Source: Geosiphon pyriformis uo1 (taxonomy: Eukaryota > Fungi > Glomeromycota). Taken from it: a stretch of DNA of 58,840 bases. The DNA is taken from contig JAAOMT010000009.1 in the NCBI GenBank assembly GCA_016748015.1, positions 81,861 to 140,700 of the forward strand, read 5' to 3'. This document shows, piece after piece, positions 42,001 to 53,740 of the stretch. Numbering within the stretch: position 1 is the stretch's first letter; every line of letters begins with the position of its first letter. The position numbers were made by a program, and so were the translations under genes. A model generated the notes under the pieces. It was not told the DNA's origin. It saw only the letters and a list, made by a program, of their open reading frames with translations, and did not search any database.

Positions 42001-44278
42001 TTTCTTTGAATTGGTTTTTTATTATTAAAAATTTATCAAAAACTTCTCCAAAATTGCATATTTTTTTAATTAACTTTTATAAAAAATATTAATTACTACT
42101 AAAATATTTTTTAACAAAAAGTATTTGAAACTTTTAAAAAAAAAACTAATTACTAAACCTATTTTAAAACAATTTAACTTTAAAAAGTCATTTATTTTTT
42201 ATACTAATAATTCTAATGTTTTTTTGGTGTTATTTTATCTTAAAAAAATAAAAAAAAGAATATATCATGATTTATAATAATAAAACTTTAAAATAAACAG
42301 AAAAAAATTATACAGTTATTAAAGAAAAATGCTTAAAAATAATATAATCTACTAATTATTAGAACAATTATCTTATAAAAAAAAATTTAATATCTATATT
42401 AATTATTAAATTTTAGTTTGATTAAAAAACAAAAAAAACTAAATCACAAAAAACTTTTCTGTTGAATTATATATTTAAATAAATTTAATTATAATATTAA
42501 ATATTACAAAAAACAAGGAATCAAAATACAAATGTTTTATTTTAATTAGTTGCTTAATAAAATAAATAGATTAACAACATTAATTAATTTAATTATTAAT
42601 AAAAATTTTAAATTAACAATAATAATAGACTTAAAATATTATTTAATATTTATCTAATTTTTAAATAAAAGATAATATTTATCCAAATATAATTAATAAC
42701 AAAAAAAATATTTGCAAAAACAATTATATTTTTATTTAATCTGCCAGAATTAATTATATTAAAAAACTAAAAAAATCTTGATCAATTATAAAGAGTTATC
42801 TAATTTAAAAAAATATATATAATATATAATATATATATTGATTTTTTAATAAACTATTTTGGAAAAACAAAAACTATTCAAAAAACATTTACTCTATATC
42901 TGTTGATTAATTTTTTAACAAAATTGGAATTAATATTATTAAAATATTAATAGTAATTTTCAATAGAAATAGATATATTATAATAACAATTGATTATCTA
43001 ACAAAATAGATAAACGTTAAAGCAATTTTAAATTAAACTGCTATTTTAAATGGCAATTTTATTTACAAGAAAATTATATGTAAACATAAATATTCTTAAA
43101 AAATATTTTTAAATAGAAAAAAGTTTTTTTAACTTATTAGTAAAAAAAGTATTCATAAACCAATAAATTAATAAAATATTTTAATTGAACACTTTGTAAA
43201 TCTTTAACAAAAACCAGTAAAAAAACAAACTTATAAAACAAAGTTTATCTTAAGTTTTTTTTTTTTATAATAAAAACTTAAAACAATATTAGATTTTTTG
43301 GTAAAAACATAAATAATAGTTTATAAAAAAATAAAAACATTTTAAGAAAAGCCTAAGAAAAAAAAAACATATAAAACACTTTTTTTAAATATTGGTAGTT
43401 TAGTTCTTAAATACAAATTAAACTAAAACAATATTTTTGATAACAAATTTTTAAGTTTATTAAAAAAACTATTTATAATTAACAAAATATTAAACAACAA
43501 ATCTTATATTTTACAAAACCAATATAGAATAATATTAATAATCAATTTATTTATAGTACATAAATTAAAAAATATTACAAAAAACCTGATTGGTTATAAA
43601 TTATTATAATACTTATAATATTTATCAATAAAACATCAAAACAACTATAAGAAAAATTATTAGTTTTAAAACAGATATATTTTTTATTAACATAAAAAAA
43701 TATTTTTCTTACAATTTACAAATATTAAACAAAAAACTATTTAGATATTTTATTTATTATTGAAAAACAAATAATAATTGGAAACAAAACTAAAGTATAT
43801 TTTATTATTAATTTATAAAAAACTGTTACAAAAAGACAAAAAATTGACAGTAAAATAAAAAAGCATATGTTTAAGTATAACTGCTAAAATACTTAATTCT
43901 TTTAATATAGTTAAAAAAATAATAAAAAAAATTTTGCCTATAGACCAAAATTGTCATATAAAAAACAGCTTAAAAGTTATAAAAAACTTAATAAAGTTAT
44001 TAAAAATATAAAGTTTTTAAAAAAAATAACATTAGAAATTTAAGTAAAAATCTTAAATATTATATGTTTAAATATTTTAAAAATTTTAACTATTGCAAAA
44101 AAAGCCAAAATATTTGTATAAAAGTTTAGTCTTTTGGATTCAAAACTAATATTGTTGTAACTTTTTTATACTTTGTTAGTTAAAAATTTTAACAAATTAG
44201 TTAACTTTAAGATAAAAATTTCAGAACTTTTTTTACATAATTTTATTTTGCTAAAGCTTAATTTTTTAAAAAAAATAA

Positions 44279-44702
44279 TATTATAGTTAAATTTTTTACT
44301 TTTTAACTTTTATATTTTATTTGGTTATAATTAGTCATATATATTAGCTATTGATATTATTAATTAATTATTTTATTTTTAAAATTAGTTATTAATCTAA
44401 TTAGTAATTTGATTATTGATCTGATTATTGACTAAATTATTGATGTAATTATTATTTTAATTATTGATTTTTTTGTAAAAATATATAAATAAAGTTATAA
44501 AAAAACATTTATATTCGAATTATATTCTAATTAATATAATAATATCAACTTTTTTTATTTTTTTTTTACTATAATTTTTCTCTTTTCTTTTTTTAATTTG
44601 TATAATTATTAGTCTTTGTAAATTATATTTATGAAATTAATTTTGCATATTAAATTTTTACTAATTCAAATTATTTTTTAATTATTTCATTACTATATAA
44701 TA
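44279..44702 (+). repeat. 3' LTR, with a ~100 bp internal deletion relative to the 5' LTR and a decayed 12-bp tandem array at ~44410-44470
   Basis: Begins TATTATAGTTAAATTTTTTACTTTTTAAC (TG>TA) and ends ...CTATATAATA (CA>TA). Confidence 0.75.
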
Positions 44703-45737
44703 CTGTTTTTTTTGCTATCTATTAGCTTGTTAATTAAACTATAATAAGATAAATTTAAGTAAAAAAAAGTGGTTTAGTTGACAATAATAAGCTTTTATCT
44801 TATATATTATATAATATATTAGTCAAGTTTTTAGGTTATATAATACATATAATTAAAATTGCTAAAGTTTTATTAGTTAATTTTGGTTTGTGTAAATATT
44901 ATTCTTTTTTTCAAATTTAGACAGTAATATAGTTTTAATTAATTTAAATAACTAATTATATAAAAAAAATATATAAATTATATTTAATTAAAAATATTTA
45001 GTTTGTTTTTATATATTAAATAGCAATTAAATCTTATTAATTAAATTATAATAAAAAAAATAAATTAAAAACCCAATTTTTATAAAATTATAATTAATTC
45101 AAAATTTTTAATTTTAAAAAATGTTAATTTGTTAAAAAAATTTAATTTAAAATTATTTTTAAATCAATTTTTTAATGTTTTTTATTATTAGTTTTTATTT
45201 TTCTTATTTTTAATTAAATTTTTATTTTTTTTATTTTTAATTAAAGTTTAAAGTAAAATTTTAATACTTATAATTCTAAATTTATTATATAATAATTTAT
45301 TAAAAATTAAGTTTAATTGTCAAATTTTAAAGTTTTTAATAATTTAATTTAATTATTAACTATTTATATATTAAGTTTATTAATAATAAACAAAAATATA
45401 ACAAATTAATAAGTTTAGCATATAAAAAAACTAATCAATCAAGTTAATGTCATATTTTAAAAAAAATATTTTAATAAATATTTTAACAAGCATTTATATT
45501 AGTGCTAATAGTAAAAAGTTTTTTATTAATTTTTTTTCAAAATACAAGTTTTAATATTATAATTACATATTTTTAACAACAATTAAAATTAGAAACCAAA
45601 AAGTAAAACAAGTTTAAATATATATATAGCCAATTATATTACTAATTTTTAAATTGTACAGCCAGAAAAAAGCTGACCAATTTGGTTTTAAAAATAATTT
45701 TAAAGTAATAGGATTATTATTATCTTTTTCTTCTTCT

Positions 45738-45739
<2 letters not shown>

Positions 45740-45780
<41 letters not shown>
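45740..45780. repeat. (TTA)n microsatellite
   Basis: Directly visible. Confidence 0.85.
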
Positions 45781-45785
<5 letters not shown>

Positions 45786-47300
45786 GTAAAAAAAATCTTA
45801 ATACTTTTTTTTTTTTACAAAAGTTAAACAGTAATTAAGAGTAATGCAATATTGTCTTAAACCAACAGATTTAACTTGACATCTATAATCTTACTAAATA
45901 CTTCAAAAATGCTTTTAATATTATTAAAAATGTACTAAAAAAAACTTTTAAAAAGTGCAATAACAGCAAAAAATTAATTTAAACATTACAACAAATTTTG
46001 CAATTTTTAGTGTATTGAAAAAAGTGATTTAGCAAGCTGAATTTTGAAAAGTATTTTATTTTTAATATATAACAATACTATTTTAATTTAAATATGTTTT
46101 TTTTTTAATTAATTTATTTTAATTGGTTCACATAAGCTGATTAAGCTATATAATAAAATTTTTTAAAATAATTTACTCAAAACTTTAAGAATTAATTGCA
46201 ATTTTAAAGTCAAGTATTCTTAAGTGTTAGATTAAAAATAAATGATACACTATTAATTTTAAATTATCACCAATATCCATTTCTTCAAAGTTTTGTTTAT
46301 TTTTTTCATACATACATAGGCAAAATTATGTCACTAAAGTCTAAACACATTTGAGTTTACAAAAAAAAATTTTAAAATCGCAAAATATTTTTAGTTCGGG
46401 AATTTCCTTTAAATCTTGAATTAAAGAATAAGTTGATTAAAAATCTAAAGTCAATCACTAAAAAATGTTCACATGAAAATTTGAAGATTTCTTAAATAAT
46501 TTTTAGGATTGAAAACTCACCTTTAAATTAGTTTATTAAGATTATTTTAGCGATATCTACATTGTTTTCACAATATCAAGTCAAATATATAAAAAGCTTT
46601 ACCAAATTTTATTTTTATTTTTTTTATTGAGTTTTAAATTCTTCCCGTCTTTTCAAAAACACTATTTCTATGTTAAAAACCTCAGAAAGAACTTGAATAA
46701 TTTGGTATATTCTTTAAAATATTCTTGATACTAATCTCAATATTCGAAATGATTAAATCAGAAATATAGCTTTTTTTGATTTCTTCTTTAAATCAACCCA
46801 AGATATATGAAATTTTTTTAATATAAATCTTGAGATTATTAATTTCTTTAAATCTGCATGCAAAATCTTTTAAAATATTTTTGAGTTTTAAAACCACATT
46901 AGTTGACTAGTTTCACTTTTTGCTTCGAACATTTCTTGCACAAATAGCGTTAAATCTATCTTCAAGGTTTTTAGATGAAAAATTTTGAGCTAGTAAAATA
47001 CAAAATGCATTTTATTTTCCTATAAAAGGCTAGTTGATTATTTTGAAAATTCTACAGGCGTTAAAAAACATTCGAATTTCAAAGTTTTCTTTGAAAATAT
47101 AATTTTATTTTTTTCAAAAACCTTCGCTTTTGGCACTAAAAGATCAAAATTTTTCTTCGTGCTCACCATTACCAGGGTAATATTTGAGAAAATGCAAAAG
47201 TTTAAAACGATTAATATTTCTAAAGTGTAATACGTTTTAAATCAAAATCACTTGCTACAACTTTGAAAATTGCAGTATAAAGGACCATAATCCCCGTTCT

Positions 47301-47333
47301 CAAATCAAATCAAATCAAATCAAATCAAATCAA
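47301..47333. repeat. (AAATC)n microsatellite
   Basis: Directly visible; a second tract lies at 50083-50124. Confidence 0.85.
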
Positions 47334-47984
47334 TTTCGCCTAAAATAGACATAAATCCAGAAAAGAAAGTTCTTTTAATAATTCTCTTTTCTCAAGTAGA
47401 AGAGATATTATTCATTTTTTTAAAAAGTAAAATATTTATGTATAAAATCATTAAGAATTGTGAAACATCATACATTCCACATACAATATCACTTGTCTCG
47501 CATTTTCTGTTCATGATTCATAATTATCGTAGCTGTCCCGATTAGTTTATGAATGATTGAATCAACGCTATCACAAAGATATGGTTAGAAGAGATTTCTA
47601 TTTTTGGGTTAATTTTCATTTTGACCTTTTTAAGGCATCCGTAATGGAAAATTCGATTTCAAAATGGGGTTAGATGAAATGTTTGCTAGTGTACGTTTGG
47701 TAATCAAATTTGTAAAAAAATATCTTTTTTTTTTTTTTTTTATTTTTTTTATTTTTTATTTTACCAACAAAGACTAGTCCTATTTTAAATTTTAATGATG
47801 TAATTGGAAAATAGGGGTGAGATTTTTGAAGTGAACCCATTATTGGTTGGTTTCGAAATTAAATTCTAGGAAATTCAAAACTGATTGTGATTTATGCAAA
47901 GTTACTAAATTTAGATAAAAAAAAAACCAAGAGTTTACCAATCAAAACCTAAATGCTTCTCGTCACGCCAAAAATATAGACTTT

Positions 47985-48072
47985 CAAAATAGTAACTTTC
48001 AGATTTAAAATGATTGTGTTGAAGGATTTTTTTGTGTTTAAGTAACCCAATATCCATTACATGCCGATAATA

Positions 48073-48144
<72 letters not shown>

Positions 48145-48511
48145 TTTTAGGTCTCGTTGTTTTTTATAAAGTTCTAAATCATTTCATTCATATCCATTCT
48201 GAAACCATGAATAAGATTAGTTAAAGGAAATTTTTTATTGTGAATATCCCGGCTAAATTTTCTGCACAGTAGTTTCTAAAAACTTTTGGGTAAATATGAA
48301 AATTTTGGTTTTGGGAGGCTTCTTTTGTTTCCAATGGAGGCCTTCGCTAAAAATAATAACTTTTAAAATAATAAATTTCAGATTTAAAATGAATAAAAGC
48401 TCCCAAAATAATTTTTGTGTTCAAAAAATTTGTGCTTAAGTAATCGAATATCTATTGCATGCCGATAACATATAATAATCCTAATTTTCAGGTCTCGTTG
48501 TTTTTTATAGA
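47985..48511 (+). repeat. Local diverged direct duplication (~47985-48171 vs ~48365-48511); the first copy contains an expanded (AAT)n at 48075-48144
   Basis: Shared blocks tttcagatttaaaatga, ttgtg.ttaagtaa.c.aatatc.att.catgccgataa and aggtctcgttgttttttata. Confidence 0.8.
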
Positions 48512-48831
48512 GGGGAATTTATATTTTATCACTGGTAAATTATCATATGAAGAAAAATCAAATTCAAACGCATGAAACATAATATTTTTAAGTATTGAAT
48601 TAAATGAATTCCGCACAAATTTATTTGACAAGTTATACATAAAAATAAACATGATTGTCATGACAAAAGAATAATCTCTCCACGAATAAAGCTTATTGAA
48701 AGATGTAGATGTAAAATAATGAGAGAATTTTTTCATGAATCGCGTAAGAAACTAACTTTTTTTGTTAAATAAAGAACCTTTAAATTTTTCTCAAAGTCTA
48801 GGAATCAAAAAGCTGTTAAAAAAAAAACTTG

Positions 48832-48839
48832 TATAAAAG
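48832..48839 (+). promoter_or_regulatory. TATA box (TATAAAAG) of the Asn/Gly-repeat secreted protein gene
   Basis: 103 nt upstream of ATG 48935. Confidence 0.55.
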
Positions 48840-48934
48840 GAATCTTTATTCTCGTTTCCAAAGTCTTGAGCAAAAGTTTCTCTACAAATCAATCCTTTTT
48901 TTTTCCTTAAAAGAACTTCACAAAGATTCACTTC

Positions 48935-49366
48935 ATGTACTCTAAAATTTTCACCTTTTCAGGCCTAGCCTGCCTTTTACTCTTGGCTATCTCGTTCACT
49001 ATGGCCGAATCAAAAATTTTTAAACGGTCCAGACTTGAAGTCCGTGGAGATTATAATGGAAATGGTAACGGCAACAATAATATTGGTGATTACAATGGAA
49101 ACCTCAATGGCAACGACAATAAAGGTGATTATAACGGAAATTTTAACGGCAACTATAATATTGGTGATTTCAATGGAAACCTCAATGGCAACGAAAATAA
49201 AGGTGATTATAACGGAAATTATAACGGCAACGATAATTTTGGTGATTTCAATGGAAACCTCAATGGCAACCAAAATATAGGTGATTTCAATGGAAACTTT
49301 AATGGCAACGAAAATGATGGGAAATATAAAAATTATAGAAATGACTATAATAATTACAATTGGTAA
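48935..49366 (+). CDS. Small secreted Asn/Gly-rich tandem-repeat protein (7 x 13 aa GD[YF]NGN[LFYG]NGNxNx), 143 aa
   Basis: ATG start, hydrophobic signal peptide (FTFSGLACLLLLAISFTMA), KR at 30-31, 39-nt repeats at 49046-49318 with synonymous variation, and an upstream TATA. Confidence 0.88.
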   Translation: MYSKIFTFSGLACLLLLAISFTMAESKIFKRSRLEVRGDYNGNGNGNNNIGDYNGNLNGNDNKGDYNGNFNGNYNIGDFNGNLNGNENKGDYNGNYNGNDNFGDFNGNLNGNQNIGDFNGNFNGNENDGKYKNYRNDYNNYNW

Positions 49367-49729
49367 CTTCAGTGGCAAAAAGAATCAAGAAATGCTTGTA
49401 TTTAGAATCAGTGTTTCTTTAGTCTAAGTAAATTACAAAGTTTCATTTTTAAAATTTACTTTTTTTTTTATTCTTTTTGAAAGTTTTATTTTTTAGCATT
49501 AAAATAAAAGGTCATTTTTTTTAATATTCAGTCGATGGAAAAGATTACCAAAAAAAATTTAATATTAAGTACAGACGGGTCACGATTTCCTCAAAATCGT
49601 AATACTAACAACCTTAAAATTGCACTTGGGTGATTTTTGTTCATAACAAAAGACATTCATCTTTACTTAATTAAAAGCAACTTAAAAGTTCGAAATGTAT
49701 ACACAAATTAGTTGTCATAAAAGATCTTA

Positions 49730-50740
49730 ATAAAACGAATGTTATACGGTAAAAATGCTCAAGAAAGAAGTTGTGTCCCCGGTAAAAATTGCAGGCACTA
49801 TTGACGATCCGTTACTTGTGTTAAAAATTAGCTTCAACGATCAGAATTAACAAAAGATGGTGTTTATTTAAAAGAAATAATAGTAGTTGAAAATATATTG
49901 TTGATAAAAGTTGTGAACGTTGAATTCAAAAAAAAAATCTGGATGCCAAAACATCTGCTTGCTGTCGAAGAAATCTCATCTAAAACCCAAATTTTTGTTT
50001 CCACTCGTACTTAATGAAAACTCAAAAAAAAACCAATATTAAATCTTATATAATACATAAGAAACCCAATTATTAATAAAGTAAATCAAATCAAATCAAA
50101 TCAAATCAAATCAAATCAAATCAAACAGTTAATGTGGGGCTAAAACCTACAAGCATTAAATCAAAGAGGATTCACCACATGTTCTTGGCACAGTAGAAAA
50201 CTATATATATAAGCACTGATTAATATGGAAAATTTCGTGTATGCTGTCATAAAAATAAGCATGTATAACTCTGATCATACATGAGCAAACGTCAAAAGTG
50301 TACCTAGATCTATTATGGTATGGGTACGTATTAGCGGTCAATATTTGAATCATTTGATTCATACCTCTTCACGTATGACTGGTGAAGCATATGGAAATCT
50401 TAAATTTAGATATAGTTTATCCAATGATTATGATTGGTGAAAAAGTAAAATTTCATTCAAATTCACAAGTGTAAAGCTTGTGAATAACTCCAGGATAATA
50501 TTTGAAATTGTGACTTTGTAATTGCCTCCACAATCGCCAGATCTTGATCAAATAGAAATATGTGGAAGGAAGTTAAAAAAATGGATTCATCAAAATCAAA
50601 AGCTACGAACAGAAGCTGACTTGGAGGAGGCAGTCTTTTACTGTGTGGAACGTAATTCCGTAAGAAACAATTCTTTAATTTTATTAACTCGATGTCAAAA
50701 CTTGTTAAAGAAGTTATAAAAAGAAAGATTTATGGGACCT
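49730..50740 (+). pseudogene. Tc1/mariner-type transposase relic
   Basis: IMVW(G)xIS remnant at ~50312-50336 and PPQSPDLDQIE..KLKK (ORF 50522-50719, cf. WPPQSPDLNPIE). Interrupted by (AAATC)n at 50083-50124 and by frameshifts. Confidence 0.7.
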
Positions 50741-52972
50741 ATGATAGTTGTTTGTTTTTCAATAATAATAATAATAAAGTTATAGTGAAAAGTTACTTTT
50801 ATTACATATATCGAGTAAAAATAATCGTGACATTATTTTTATGATGAGAAAATCGTCCTAATTTTGTTTACATTGATAATCCTCAAAAATTTGTTCTAAA
50901 AATAAGTCCTGGAATTTAAATTTAATGGACAGCATTTTTTAATCTAATTTGTGGTAAACTATATTTCATCAAAAAAATTTTCTTGAGAAGAAAATTACAC
51001 AATTTCTCACCAAAGAAGATAATTATAAGAATATATTTTTGCATTTGTGAAGGTGATAGATTATATTTTAATAGGTATAGTTTTTGGTCAGCAGGAAAGT
51101 GTTTTACAAATATTTATGGATTATGTTTGAAGTTCCAATTTTCTCTACTTCCAAGAATTAACATTTTTTGATTTTTAAAAATAGTGCCTCATAAGTAATG
51201 TTCAATCATTAATAGATCATAGGGTTCATTTTTACTTTTATTTTTTGTTAGTGCATTACTAGAAAAAACGTCTTTGGTAAAAATTTCAAAAATTTTCCGT
51301 GATTTTAAAAACACATGATAAACATGATCGATAAGACAAATGTTTTACTTTGATAAAATTTCAAAGAAAAACTTTAATATATATATATCTAAAAAAAATA
51401 TTAGATTTAAATAATCTGAACAAATATCTGTGTATTTTTAAAAAACTTTTCATTAGTGAAAAATAAATTTAATAAAACAAATAAATTATATAAATTTCAA
51501 AATTCTAATAATTTAATTATCTCATTTAAATCTTGAATATTTACATTGATTTTTTTTTCAAATTAATTTTTAAAAACAATACCAAACAAGTTTTTTTTTT
51601 TAATTCTAAAATTTATTATATTTGCATATTACTATTTATATTTAGTTTATGAATTTATATTATGTTTAATATTTATAATTAGATTAAAAAATTTCAATAT
51701 TTTTTATAAAAGATTTTTTTAAATTTTTTATAGAATTTTTGTTAAATATTTATTTATTAATGAAAAAATAATATTTGGGTTTTTAATTCATATAATTAAT
51801 AAAAAAAAATTTATAATATATATTAAATAATTAATTAATTAATTAATTAACTAAAATAATAGTTTACATAATTTTTTAAAGTAATTAATTATTTAAAATA
51901 AATTTTAAGCTATGAACCAATTACAATTTTTACAAATATTATAAATATCATTTATTAATTCAAGTTTTTATGTTAATATAATTTGATACTAATATATATA
52001 TATATAAATTAAAAATAATATTAATATATTTTCAAAAAAAAATTATCATATATAATTAATATTTAATTTTGTTATATTTATATTTTTTATTTTATTTTTT
52101 TATTATAACTGCTTTTCATTTCTATCTTAAATAAAAATAATTAGTTCTAAACTTTTATAAAATTTATATTAAATATCTTAATTTTTTAAAAAATATATAT
52201 TACTTAAATTATTAAAAATTATTATTATAATTTTATTTTTTATTAATAAATTTTTTTTGATATTTTAAAAAAATTTTTTATGTAAATAGATTTTCAAATA
52301 ATTTTCTTTTAATAAAATGTTATTTTAAAAATTAATATAATATCTAAGTAATTTCATTTAGTTTTATTTAATTTTATTTATTTATTAAAAATTCTTTGTC
52401 AAAAAAATTTTAAATATATATAGAGGCTATCTTTGTTATGTTAGTTTTTTTTATTTATTTATATTTTTCTTTAATGTATTTAAAATACAAAAATTTTTGC
52501 TAGTTGTTATACTATATGTTTAAAGGTAAAAATCTACCAAATAATTTAGATGTTTCCTTAAGAAAAAATAATAAAAAAATGTTTAACATATTTTACATTT
52601 TTTTTTTGTCAAAATTTAAATTAATAAATATTTTCTATTAAATGTTATTTTTTTAAAAAACACACACATTTCAAGTAGAGTAGTTTAATGTAATACACCA
52701 CATGAACGAATTGCCAACCTTAAAACCAGAATTTGTTACTTATTCGATCAGTTGATCAAAAATCAAATTAGTTTGCGTATTGTTAAATTGCTTTATTTTT
52801 ATAAATTTTGCATGTTAGCTCAAAGATTAATCGATAAATCTGCATTAAAAACAATTTAATTGGCTCTTCCTGAAACATATCTCGTTTATATTGCAAATTT
52901 TAGGAATTTCTTCATACTTCGAATAGATCAAGATTCAAATTATGAAGGTAATTAACGATTGAGCTTTACTGG

Positions 52973-53740
52973 TCAATAATAATTACAAAAAATTGCAGGA
53001 GGTTGTTTATGACCAATAAATTCAATCTTAACTAAATTATAATTAGGATTTTGGTAGGTATCCAATATTTCCTCGTATGTCCCAGAATTTTCAAGATTGA
53101 AAAAAGATGATTCACAACCAGGTTCAGAAAGCCTCAAGAAAGATTGATCTTGGTCAAAATCAGTAGGCCATTGTGAAAGTGTTGAAGGTGCTGTAGAAAA
53201 TGGATGAGCTTCCGGATAATAAAAGTTGTTCTTATATTGGTTCGTTGTGGATGCATAATGAAGATCAGTTCTTCCATTGGCTGTTGAGGAGTTTTCATGA
53301 GAAACAGGTGCTTCAATATGATTTAAGCCATCGATAAGATCCAAAGTTCCGTCTATTTGAGATTTTTGAGCAATTTGAAGTTGAACGATGTGCAAAGGAA
53401 ATAGAGAAGCAGCAAATCTTCTATATTGATCTAGAGCTTTCCTACTCAAATTATGGTAAAAACTCTTTACACGTTGTGGCTCTTTTCTCCATGCATTTGC
53501 AGCCATGCTCGAAAGGTCGTGCATTCTTTTATATCGCTTCTCATTAGAATATTGCTTTCTTATTGCCATTCGATATGCAAGGAAAGCATTAGAAATCTTT
53601 GATAGTTTCCCTGTTTTCTTTAATCTTTCAATGGCTTTCCCGATTAGATCTTCGGGGCATAGATCTGGTGGAAATGATGGTTTCCGAAATTCCGCTGTAA
53701 CAACATCGCTATCAACGTTTAACTCAGATGTTTCCACCAT
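52973..53740 (-). CDS. MATA-type HMG-box transcription factor, 255 aa
   Basis: KPSFPP..PEDLI N-flank, then HMG helices SNAFLAYR / MHDLSSMAANAWRKEP / VKSFYHNLSRKA, then an acidic Ser/Thr-rich tail. This layout is typical of the expanded MATA-HMG family of arbuscular mycorrhizal fungi. TATAAGA lies 97 nt upstream (53837-53831). Confidence 0.88.
   Translation of the reverse strand: MVETSELNVDSDVVTAEFRKPSFPPDLCPEDLIGKAIERLKKTGKLSKISNAFLAYRMAIRKQYSNEKRYKRMHDLSSMAANAWRKEPQRVKSFYHNLSRKALDQYRRFAASLFPLHIVQLQIAQKSQIDGTLDLIDGLNHIEAPVSHENSSTANGRTDLHYASTTNQYKNNFYYPEAHPFSTAPSTLSQWPTDFDQDQSFLRLSEPGCESSFFNLENSGTYEEILDTYQNPNYNLVKIEFIGHKQPPAIFCNYY

Larger units (their letters stand above)
38504..44702 (+). 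mobile_element. Ty3/Gypsy LTR retrotransposon, full length in layout but hypermutated (C>T/G>A)
   Basis: Direct-repeat LTRs and ghost motifs in PR-RT-RH-INT order: LILDNG (DNG 40413-40421, protease D[ST]G); L*FYINY**LN (~41457-41490, RFCIDYRxLN); MFFRLINILLIF*KLID (41669, MPFGLxNAPATFQRLMD); YLNNII (41759, YLDDII); FYTNNS (~42197-42214, YTDAS); KNYTVIKEKCL (~42303); KIGINII..RYII..IDYLTK* (42920-43009, integrase). A poly-A run before the 3' LTR fits a decayed PPT. Confidence 0.88.

Noticed and set aside
38499-44707. Target-site duplication of the LTR element
   Set aside because: Flanks (tatat vs ctgtt) do not match; the ends are too decayed to call.
47438-47673. Possible decayed prepro-peptide gene (TATA at ~47275, MYKIIK..., ...DMVRRDFYFW...)
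   Set aside because: Needs two frameshifts to assemble and has no recognisable homology.
49043-49051. RGD tripeptide at the start of the Asn/Gly repeats
   Set aside because: Arises from an Arg preceding the first GD repeat; single occurrence with no supporting evidence.
49010-49378. Antisense Ile-rich ORF and alternate-frame ORF 49035-49280
   Set aside because: Shadows of the 39-nt coding repeat.
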